Source: Thermoanaerobaculia bacterium (GTDB lineage Bacteria > Acidobacteriota > Thermoanaerobaculia > Gp7-AA8). Taken from it: a DNA stretch of 64,000 nucleotides. Positions within the stretch are counted from its first letter, which is position 1. Each line of letters starts with the position of its first letter. The stretch spans positions 3,444 to 67,443 of the forward strand of contig JBIOTX010000233.1 in assembly GCA_044866315.1 (NCBI GenBank), in the 5' to 3' direction. Below the pieces are notes generated by a model. That model saw nothing but the letters and a program-made list of their open reading frames with translations. It made no database searches and was not told the DNA's origin. The position numbers and the translations under genes are program-made. Shown one piece after another: positions 35,282 through 42,571 of the stretch.

Positions 35282-37600
35282 TCACGCGCGCCGACGGGCG
35301 AACCAGGCCACGGCCAGCAGGATCATCAACGTCAGCGCGCTGATCGCACGGCCGGCGAGGAACGACCGCGGCCGGTAAACGAGGAGAACCTGATGACGTC
35401 CGGCCGGGACGCGCACTGCGAGAAACGCTGCATTGGCGCGCTCGAGCGGAACGCGCGTTCCGTCGACGAATGCCTGCCAGCCGCGCCACGCGCAATCGCT
35501 GATGACGATGTGGCCCGGGCGTTCCATGTCGGCTTCGAGCTCGTACAGGCCTCCGCGGCTTCGCGAGCGAAGTGAGATTTTTCCGGGACCGTTTTCGTAT
35601 TCGCCGGTCTCACGCGACGTGATCCAGGCGATCTCCCGAAAGTCCCGCACGCGCGCCATGCGGTCGACGAGCTCCTCGATGGACGCGCCGGTCAGCACGA
35701 CGCGGCGCGGGATGAAGATCCGCTCGATGACCGCGCTGTTTTCGATCAATACCGAGCCGGGCTGCGAAGCCACTGGACGCCAGCCGTCCGGCAGCGGCAG
35801 GGCGCTGGGCTGAATCGCGAAACGGACATTCATCAGCGACAGGAACGGCGCGCTGAGATCGTCCACGCGGTTGAACCAGATCCCCTCCAGCCGGCACCAG
35901 AGCCTCCACGTGGCGACGAATTGCCAGAGCGTCAGCGCGTCGTAGCCGCGAGGATCCTCGAGACCGTAAAAAATGTTCGTCGCCGGCGGAAACGTCAGGC
36001 CGCGGCCGACGATCCGGAACGGCTGCCGAATCTTCGTCAGGGGCTCGAACAGAGCGATGGGCGGATATGCGGCCTGCCGTGGAACGGTTGCATAGGTATC
36101 GATCTCCGAGAGCGCACGCTGCGCGACCACGACCGCCAGAAGCGCCGGCGCCAGCGCGCGAGGTCTCGTCCAAAGCAATGCCGCGGCTGCCCCAAGGAAC
36201 AGCAGTTCCGCGAGCATCCGATAACGCCCGTGATCGGCCGGCGTCACGGCGAGAACGACGTTCCGTTGAATCCACCACGTACCGGCGGCGAGTAGCAGCA
36301 ACACGAGCGCGCAGGTCATCGCCGCGCCGCGCCAGTCTTCGCGCCGTATCAGGAAATCGACGCCCATCGCCGCGAGAATCGCCAGAGCGAGAGCTCCGTG
36401 AAACGCCAGACGGTCGTGAAAGGTGATCGACAGCAGCGGCAGTGCGTGCATTGCGTCCGCCAGCGGCGTCCAGCGCACGGCGGCGGCGAAACAGAACATC
36501 GCCAGCGCGGCAAAGAACCAGGTCTCAGCCGAGCGTATCCGCCAGATCGCATAGAGCGAGAGTGCGAGGATCACGCTGCCGGTCGTGCCGGACTCGCCGC
36601 CGACGTGACCGAGCAAGGGCGAGAGCCAGGCACGATTCTGGAGAAACGGGAAGAAGTTCGTCATCAGAAGCGCGAGCGCCTCCGGCGTCGCTGCGCCCCA
36701 TGACGATGCGATCGTTTTCACGCCGTACTCGTGAGACTGCGGAATGGCATCGAGCAGCGGCAAAAGAGCGATCGCGCAGAGCAGAAACGCCGCCAGGCCG
36801 GCCGCGAGCGCCGTCGCGATCGCGCGCCAGGGGCTCGCACGGCGGCGAACCAGCTCGAACAGACCATACGCGCAACCGACCAGCACGTTGAGCAGGAGCG
36901 ACTCCGGATGCCCGGCGAGCGCCGACAACGCGAGCGCCGTCATCAACAGTGCACCCGCGTGCAATGCCGGTTGCCAGACCACGCGCCGTGCCGCCGCAAG
37001 CAGAAGCGGTGCGTACAGGGTCGCGAAGCCGAGGGCGTTGAGCGAGGAAACGACCATGCAGGACGAGAGCGCCCATCCCGCTGCGGCAACGCATGCCGCG
37101 GCCTCGCCGAGACCCAGCTCGCGCGCGAGCACGAAGGCGGAGACGGCGGCGAGGAAAAGCGCGATCGCCGCCGTGTAGGTCATGCTCACCGTCGCCGGAA
37201 GCAGGCAAGCGATCAGCGTGAACGGCGAGTAGGGCGCCGACTGGGCCTCGGCCGCGAGAGGATGACCGGCCAGGTTGTACGCATTCCAGAGCGGCCACTC
37301 CCGACGCGCGAGCGACTCCTTCACCGCCAGGCGCCACGGGAAAAACTCCGACCATATGTCCGCGACCGTCACATTTTTCGCGGCCCCGGTGCCGAACCGT
37401 TGCGCGAGAGCCACATGAGGCTCGTACTGATAGACGTGATCGACAGGCCCGTAGACCCCGCCTGTGACGAGCGCGTACCCGGTGACTGCCAGCGGCAGCG
37501 CCAGCAGCAGCAGTCCCGCGGCACGCGACATCGGCACGACGTGCGAATGGACGAGCCAGAGCACCGCCAGCGCCGTAGCGAAATAGAGCAGCAATGACAT
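35282..37600 (-). CDS. YfhO-like polytopic membrane protein (putative glycosyltransferase-fold)
   Basis: 772 aa with many TM segments. The N-terminal pattern WSEFFPWR...WPLWNAYNLAGHPL..E.QSAPYSP and the large C-terminal soluble domain match YfhO-family proteins as I recall them. Confidence 0.65.
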   Translation of the reverse strand: MSLLLYFATALAVLWLVHSHVVPMSRAAGLLLLALPLAVTGYALVTGGVYGPVDHVYQYEPHVALAQRFGTGAAKNVTVADIWSEFFPWRLAVKESLARREWPLWNAYNLAGHPLAAEAQSAPYSPFTLIACLLPATVSMTYTAAIALFLAAVSAFVLARELGLGEAAACVAAAGWALSSCMVVSSLNALGFATLYAPLLLAAARRVVWQPALHAGALLMTALALSALAGHPESLLLNVLVGCAYGLFELVRRRASPWRAIATALAAGLAAFLLCAIALLPLLDAIPQSHEYGVKTIASSWGAATPEALALLMTNFFPFLQNRAWLSPLLGHVGGESGTTGSVILALSLYAIWRIRSAETWFFAALAMFCFAAAVRWTPLADAMHALPLLSITFHDRLAFHGALALAILAAMGVDFLIRREDWRGAAMTCALVLLLLAAGTWWIQRNVVLAVTPADHGRYRMLAELLFLGAAAALLWTRPRALAPALLAVVVAQRALSEIDTYATVPRQAAYPPIALFEPLTKIRQPFRIVGRGLTFPPATNIFYGLEDPRGYDALTLWQFVATWRLWCRLEGIWFNRVDDLSAPFLSLMNVRFAIQPSALPLPDGWRPVASQPGSVLIENSAVIERIFIPRRVVLTGASIEELVDRMARVRDFREIAWITSRETGEYENGPGKISLRSRSRGGLYELEADMERPGHIVISDCAWRGWQAFVDGTRVPLERANAAFLAVRVPAGRHQVLLVYRPRSFLAGRAISALTLMILLAVAWFARRRA

Positions 37601-37728
37601 GGGGAGCTAAAGCGCGTTGAGTGTGCGTTGCGCTGAGCAGTACCGTCAAGCGGGAAGCGTCGGCTCAAGACATCGAGCGATCGAGTGACGCGATCGTTGG
37701 CAAGTCCGGACAACGATGTGGAACGAGG

Positions 37729-37804
37729 TGGCGTCCCCAACGGGATTCGAACCCGTGTTGTCGCCGTGAAAGGGCGATGTCCTAGGCCTCTAGACGATGG
37801 GGAC
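37729..37804 (-). tRNA. tRNA-Glu (anticodon UUC), CCA encoded
   Basis: The reverse complement reads GTCCCCATCGTCTAGAGGCCTAGGACATCGCCCTTTCACGGCGACAACACGGGTTCGAATCCCGTTGGGGACGCCA. The cloverleaf and the CTTTCAC anticodon loop are evident. Confidence 0.95.
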
Positions 37805-37818
37805 TTCTCGGCTTTGCC

Positions 37819-37921
37819 GGAATTGAAAATTGAAAATGAGAAATTGAAAATCGGGGCAAGGGCAACGGCACCGCGAGAGCGCCGCCCCTTTTCCATTTTC
37901 AATTTCCCAATTTTCAATTCC
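37819..37921. repeat. AT-rich imperfect inverted repeat built from TTGAAAAT units
   Basis: The left arm is GGAATTGAAAATTGAAAATGAGAAATTGAAAATCGGGG. The right arm, reverse-complemented, is GGAATTGAAAATTGGGAAATTGAAAATGGAAAAGGGG. It lies between the two tRNA genes. Confidence 0.8.
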
Positions 37922-37939
37922 GCGCGCCCGAGGCGCGCG
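37921..37939 (-). terminator. perfect 8-bp GC hairpin just downstream of tRNA-Lys
   Basis: CGCGCGCC-CGA-GGCGCGCG, 4 nt beyond the tRNA-Lys 3' end. Confidence 0.55.
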
Positions 37940-37943
37940 GCAC

Positions 37944-38018
37944 TGGTGAGCCCGGTAGGGATCGAACCTACGACCAACTGGTTAAAAGCCAGCTGCTCTA
38001 CCGCTGAGCTACGGGCCC
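37944..38018 (-). tRNA. tRNA-Lys (anticodon UUU), CCA encoded
   Basis: The reverse complement reads GGGCCCGTAGCTCAGCGGTAGAGCAGCTGGCTTTTAACCAGTTGGTCGTAGGTTCGATCCCTACCGGGCTCACCA. Confidence 0.95.
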
Positions 38019-38217
38019 GGGTTCAACGATCGGCCTCGCGAGAGGGTGGTCCCCCTCGCGAAGTTGGCACCATACGGACGGGGGTCCGCGGTGTCAACCG
38101 GGGCATCTGCGGAACGCTGACCGTGCTCGGGTTATGCCACACCCATCCGATCGGCCGCGGCGGCCGTAGATCGGGAAAACCCCCTGGACAACCTGAACGA
38201 ATGCATGGAGGTTCCGC

Positions 38218-38769
38218 ATGAGAGGTACGCTCGTTTTCCTGATCCTCGTCCTGGCGGCCGCGGCGGCCGTCGCTGACCATCACACCGAGGGCAAGCCGGC
38301 GATGAATGGGCCGGATCCGATGCTCCGGCAGCTGGAGTTCTTCACCGGCAAGTGGCAGTGCTCGGGGATGGCCGGCGAGATGCCGGGCTCGCCGGCCCAC
38401 GCGACGCAGGCCGAGGTCGACGCGAAGTGGGGCGTGGGCGGGTACTGGGTGCCGATCACGTACTCCGAGAAGAAGACCGCCGAGAACGCGAATCCCTTCA
38501 CCTTCACCGGCTTTTTCGGCTACGACCGCGAGCTCAAGAAGTTCGTGGTCGGGGGCGTGGACAGCATGGGCGGCTACTCGACCGGCGCCAGCGACGGCTG
38601 GAACGGCGACACGATGGTCTTCGCCGGGCCGTGGCACATGAACGGGATGACCGCGAACGCCCGCGACACCTTCACCCGGAAGGGCGACAAACAGATGGTG
38701 CACAAGGGCGAGATCGAGATGGACGGGAAGTGGATCCAGACCGGCGAGGAGACGTGCACGCGGCGCTAG
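38218..38769 (+). CDS. secreted hypothetical protein (DUF1579-like)
   Basis: 183 aa with a signal peptide (LVFLILVLAAAAAVA). FFTGKWQCSG...W...F.G..G.D resembles DUF1579, but this is weak recall. Confidence 0.55.
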   Translation: MRGTLVFLILVLAAAAAVADHHTEGKPAMNGPDPMLRQLEFFTGKWQCSGMAGEMPGSPAHATQAEVDAKWGVGGYWVPITYSEKKTAENANPFTFTGFFGYDRELKKFVVGGVDSMGGYSTGASDGWNGDTMVFAGPWHMNGMTANARDTFTRKGDKQMVHKGEIEMDGKWIQTGEETCTRR

Positions 38770-38770
38770 C

Positions 38771-39229
38771 TCACCCCCGCCGCAGCCGCTTGACGAGCTG
38801 AATCTGTCCCGTGTGGTAGAGGTCGTGCGCGGCGGCCCCACGGACGATGCGCAGCTTCTTCGGATCCCGAAGAACTGCCTCGTCCAACGCCGCCACGGCC
38901 TCCCGCAGGGCGCGGTGCTCGCGGTCGAGCAGCGCGACGATCTCCCGCCACGACGCGTCGTCCGCCTTCGCCGGTGACGCGAACCAGTTGCTCCCCTTCG
39001 TCGGGAACGATCCGCGCTTGGCCCCGGTGAGCTTCCGCCGCACGGCGTACTTCCAGTAGGCGGCGTGGAGGGTGAGCTCCCAGATGTTGTGCCTCCCCTT
39101 CCCCGGCCGCCAGACGACGTCCTCCGCGGACAGCCCGCGCAGCGCGCCGCGCAGGTTCGTGCCGTGCCAGCCCCTCCGTTCGTACGCCTCGTCGAGATTC
39201 GCCAGCAGCAGATCGATCACTTCGCGCAT
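38771..39229 (-). CDS. DinB-family protein
   Basis: HNIWELTLHAAYWKY, a later W.E.., and DLYHTGQIQLVKRL form the His triad pattern typical of DinB. The start could instead be the TTG at 39262. Confidence 0.75.
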   Translation of the reverse strand: MREVIDLLLANLDEAYERRGWHGTNLRGALRGLSAEDVVWRPGKGRHNIWELTLHAAYWKYAVRRKLTGAKRGSFPTKGSNWFASPAKADDASWREIVALLDREHRALREAVAALDEAVLRDPKKLRIVRGAAAHDLYHTGQIQLVKRLRRG

Positions 39230-39255
39230 GACCCGAAATCCTACAGGAGCGACCC

Positions 39256-39284
39256 TTGACAATCTACTACACGTGTCGTAGATT
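39256..39284 (+). promoter_or_regulatory. sigma70-like promoter with embedded BlaI-type operator palindrome
   Basis: TTGACA (39256-39261), a 17-nt spacer, then TAGATT (39279-39284). The spacer carries the 20-nt near-palindrome TCTACTACACGTGTCGTAGA (18/20 symmetric), which contains a TACA..TGT core. It lies 18 nt upstream of the BlaI-like ATG. Confidence 0.6.
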
Positions 39285-39301
39285 GGACTACAGAGTTAGT
39301 T

Positions 39302-39676
39302 ATGAATCTGACCCGCTTCGAGCTCGAGATCATGGACGTCCTGTGGCGCCTCCGCGAGGCCTCGGTCCGCGAAGTCCGCGACGCCCTGACCGAGAAAAAG
39401 CGTCCCGCCTACACCACCGTGCAGACCATCGTGCAACGCCTGGAACAGAAGGGCGCCGTGCGCCGGACGCGCAAGATCGGCAACGCTCTGATGTTCGAGC
39501 CGGCCATCACGCGCAAGTCGGCGTACCGCCGGGTGGTGGATGAGCTGCTGGCGCTCTTCGGCGGGTCGGCGCGGCCGGTGGTGGCGCACCTGCTCGAGAG
39601 CGGCAAGCTCACCCTCGAGGACCTCAAGGCCCTGGAAGAGGCGTCGGAGAAGAAGCCGAAGGGAGGCCGGAAGTGA
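39302..39676 (+). CDS. BlaI/MecI/CopY-family transcriptional repressor
   Basis: 124 aa. LTRFELEIMDVLW...REV...YTTVQTIVQRLEQKG is the classic winged-helix N-terminus of the family. Confidence 0.9.
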   Translation: MNLTRFELEIMDVLWRLREASVREVRDALTEKKRPAYTTVQTIVQRLEQKGAVRRTRKIGNALMFEPAITRKSAYRRVVDELLALFGGSARPVVAHLLESGKLTLEDLKALEEASEKKPKGGRK

Positions 39677-41196
39677 TCCGCGACGTCGTCACGCACGTGG
39701 TCGTCTCCACGACGGTGCTGGCCATCGCGCTCGCTGCCGCGAGCTGGATCCGACCTCTGACCGCGCGCACGCGCCACGCGATTCTGATCGCCGGCATGGC
39801 CGCGCTGCTCTTCCCGTCGGCGCTGATCGCACTCCTCGTCGAGCGGCTGGGCAGCGACCAGATCCAGACCATTCGCGCGACGCTGCCGGTCTTCCTCGAT
39901 CCACCGAGTCCGGCAAAGCTGCCGGCCCCGGCGCCGTTTCCGTGGATGGAGACCCTCGCCGTAGTCTGGCTCGGCGTGGCCATCCTTCTCTTCGTGCGCT
40001 GGTGGATCGTGACCCACCGCCTGGTGGCCACCGCCCTCCGCGCCGCCACCCCGCCCCCCGCCCGCGCCGTCGCGGCGCTCGAGGCCGCGCGCCAGCGCCT
40101 CGGCGTCCGGCACGCGGTCGATCTCATCGCTTCCCCGACGTGCGAGGCTCCCGCAGTGGTGCGCGTGCTTCGCCCGATGATCATTCTCCCCGCGGACGGC
40201 TGCGATGCCCTCGGCGACGAGGAGCTGGAGTCGCTGCTCTGCCACGAATGTGCACACGTGGCCCGGCGCGACAACCTCCTCGGCGTCTTCGAGGCCGTCG
40301 CATGCTCGCTGTTCTGGTTCAACCCCCTGGTCTGGCTGGCCCACCGCCGGATCGCCGCCGCACGCGAAGAAGCGTGCGACGAGCGCGTGGCCGACGCCGC
40401 GCTGCCCGCCGAAACGTACGTCGGCGCGCTCGCGAAGATCTGCCGCACGCTCCTCGCGCCCCGCGTGGCCGCGGTGTCCTGCATGGCCAGCGCTCATCTG
40501 AAAGAAAGGATTCAACACCTCATGCGTTACGACACGCTTCGAACATCCGCTCTCTCCCACCGGTTCATCTCCGCGGCCGCGACCACCCTGGTGGCCGTGT
40601 TCGTCATCGCCGCCGGCGTGGTCACCGCCGATCCGGTCAAGATCAAGCGCGGCAGCGACGAGCGCTACCTGCTCAACTACTCCGTCGCCAAGACGAAGGA
40701 CGGCGCCCTGGCCTTCCGCGCCGAGATCGTCGACTCCAAGACCAAGGAAGTCATCGGCCAGCCGACGATGATGACCCGCGATACCACGCCCGCCTCGGCC
40801 GAGATCACGCGCGACGAGCGCAAGTGGCGCGTCGAGGTCACGCCCCAGGCCGACGGCGGCGGCATCATCAACCTCACCGTCTGGGACGGCTCGTCGACCG
40901 CCCAGCGCTCCTCGTACACCTTCGGCGCGCTCGACGTGGTCGAGAACCGCAAGAAGTACAGCGGCGATCCGATCAGCCTCAATCTGCACAACGCCGACAT
41001 CCGCGACGTCATCCGGGTCTTCGGCCAGCTGACCGGCCTGGACATCGCCGTCGAGCCGGAAGTGCAGGGAAGGATCACCGTCCACTTCCAGGACACCCCC
41101 TGGGACGAAGCCTTCGATCAGGTCCTGCACGAGAACGGGTTCGACTACCGCCAGGACGGCGAGGGCAAGCTGACGGTCTTCGCGCGAGCGCGTTAA
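39673..41196 (+). CDS. BlaR1-like M56 peptidase sensor with C-terminal secretin/TonB-N-terminus-like domain
   Basis: GTGA overlap with the BlaI gene. The N-terminus is TM-rich and carries an HExxH (LCHECAHVARRD). The C-terminus reads ISLNLHNADIRDVIRVFGQLTGLDIAVEPEVQGRITVHFQDTPWDEAFDQVL. Confidence 0.85.
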   Translation: MIRDVVTHVVVSTTVLAIALAAASWIRPLTARTRHAILIAGMAALLFPSALIALLVERLGSDQIQTIRATLPVFLDPPSPAKLPAPAPFPWMETLAVVWLGVAILLFVRWWIVTHRLVATALRAATPPPARAVAALEAARQRLGVRHAVDLIASPTCEAPAVVRVLRPMIILPADGCDALGDEELESLLCHECAHVARRDNLLGVFEAVACSLFWFNPLVWLAHRRIAAAREEACDERVADAALPAETYVGALAKICRTLLAPRVAAVSCMASAHLKERIQHLMRYDTLRTSALSHRFISAAATTLVAVFVIAAGVVTADPVKIKRGSDERYLLNYSVAKTKDGALAFRAEIVDSKTKEVIGQPTMMTRDTTPASAEITRDERKWRVEVTPQADGGGIINLTVWDGSSTAQRSSYTFGALDVVENRKKYSGDPISLNLHNADIRDVIRVFGQLTGLDIAVEPEVQGRITVHFQDTPWDEAFDQVLHENGFDYRQDGEGKLTVFARAR

Positions 41197-41207
41197 GCCG
41201 TTACGAT

Positions 41208-41310
41208 GTGTGTCATCCCGAGCGGGAGCGAGGGACCTGGGCGGGTGGGAGGCACGAGACGCCCGCCACCGCCCGCCCAGGTCCCTCGACGAACGCTCGG
41301 GATGACACAC
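41208..41310. repeat. near-perfect palindrome of about 103 bp filling the intergenic space
   Basis: GTGTGTCATCCCGAGCG...CGAGGGACCTGGGCGG...CCGCCCAGGTCCCTCG...CGCTCGGGATGACACAC. It begins 12 nt after the BlaR1-like stop and ends 1 nt before the next ATG. Confidence 0.85.
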
Positions 41311-41311
41311 G

Positions 41312-42520
41312 ATGAATGACGCCGCAGCCGCATACGTGAAGCTCGTCCTGTCCATGGGCGAGCATGACCCCGACTACGTCGACGCCTATTACGGTCCACC
41401 GGAGTGGCGCGAGGAGATTCGCGCCACTCCCCCTTCCCTATCCGCGATCCACGACGACGCGCTGCGCCTGCGCGATCGGCTGGACGCGATCGCGCGGCCG
41501 TCCGATCCGATCGAGTCGCTCCGCCTCGACTACCTCCGCCGCCAGACCGCCGCGCTCATCGCCCGCTGCGAGATGCTGCAGGGAAGGCGCTTCCGCTTCG
41601 ACGAGGAGTCGAAGGCGCTCTACGACGCCGTCGCGCCGACGTATTCCGAGGGGTACTTCCGGGAGCTGAATGCGGCGATCGAGAACGAGCTGCCGGGCAG
41701 CGGACGCCTCGTCGACCGGGTGGAGGCGTTCCGGATGGAGTTCGTCATCCCGCGCGAGAAGCTCGATGCCGTCTTCGGCAAGGCCATCGACGTCTGCCGG
41801 GCCAGGACCATGGAGCAGATGGCCCTGCCGGTCGGGGAGTCGTTCACGGTCGAGTACGTGAACAACAAGTCGTGGAGCGGCTACAACTGGTACCAGGGCG
41901 GCTTCAAGAGCCTGATCCAGGTCAACACCGACCTGCCGATCTTCATCGACCGGGCCATCGACCTGGCCTGCCACGAGGGCTATCCCGGGCATCACGTCTA
42001 CAACTCGCTGCTGGAGAAGTCGCTGGTGCGCGACCGCGGCTGGGTCGAATTCTCCGTCTACGCGCTCTTCTCCGCGCAGTCGCTGATCGCCGAGGGGAGC
42101 GCGAACTACGGCATCGACGTGGCGTTCCCGGCGCGCGAGCGGGTGGAGATGGAGGAAGCCGCGCTCTTCCCGCTGGCCGGCCTCGACTCCACGCGCGCCG
42201 CGCAGTACTACCGCGTCTACGAACTCGTCTCCCGCACCAGCTACGCCGGCAACGAAGCCGCGCGGCGCTACCTCGACGGAGAGTTTGATGTGGACCAGGC
42301 CGTGGAGTGGCTGGCGGCGTACGCGCTCATGGCCCCCGAGCGCGCGCGCCAGCGCGTGCGCTTCTTCGACCAGTACCGCAGCTACGTCATCAACTACAAC
42401 TTCGGCAAGGACCTGGTGAAGGAGTACGTGGAGCGGCGTGCGGGAGGGGACGCGCAGAAGCGATGGGACGTGTTCGCGGAACTGCTGTCGTCGCCGCGGC
42501 TGCCGTCAGGACTGACGTGA
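41312..42520 (+). CDS. DUF885-like protein (HEGYPGHH motif)
   Basis: 402 aa. CHEGYPGHHVYN resembles the HE..PGHH signature of DUF885. The protein is shorter than typical members. The start is uncertain because the upstream palindrome leaves no room for an RBS. Confidence 0.6.
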   Translation: MNDAAAAYVKLVLSMGEHDPDYVDAYYGPPEWREEIRATPPSLSAIHDDALRLRDRLDAIARPSDPIESLRLDYLRRQTAALIARCEMLQGRRFRFDEESKALYDAVAPTYSEGYFRELNAAIENELPGSGRLVDRVEAFRMEFVIPREKLDAVFGKAIDVCRARTMEQMALPVGESFTVEYVNNKSWSGYNWYQGGFKSLIQVNTDLPIFIDRAIDLACHEGYPGHHVYNSLLEKSLVRDRGWVEFSVYALFSAQSLIAEGSANYGIDVAFPARERVEMEEAALFPLAGLDSTRAAQYYRVYELVSRTSYAGNEAARRYLDGEFDVDQAVEWLAAYALMAPERARQRVRFFDQYRSYVINYNFGKDLVKEYVERRAGGDAQKRWDVFAELLSSPRLPSGLT

Positions 42521-42530
42521 TCCCGACCCC

Positions 42531-42559
42531 TTGACACGCGGCGCGCCCGACCCTACGTT
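42531..42559 (+). promoter_or_regulatory. sigma70-like promoter (TTGACA-17 nt-TACGTT)
   Basis: It is followed by AAGGAG (42592-42597) and the ATG at 42605. Confidence 0.5.
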
Positions 42560-42571
42560 CATGATCGCCGT

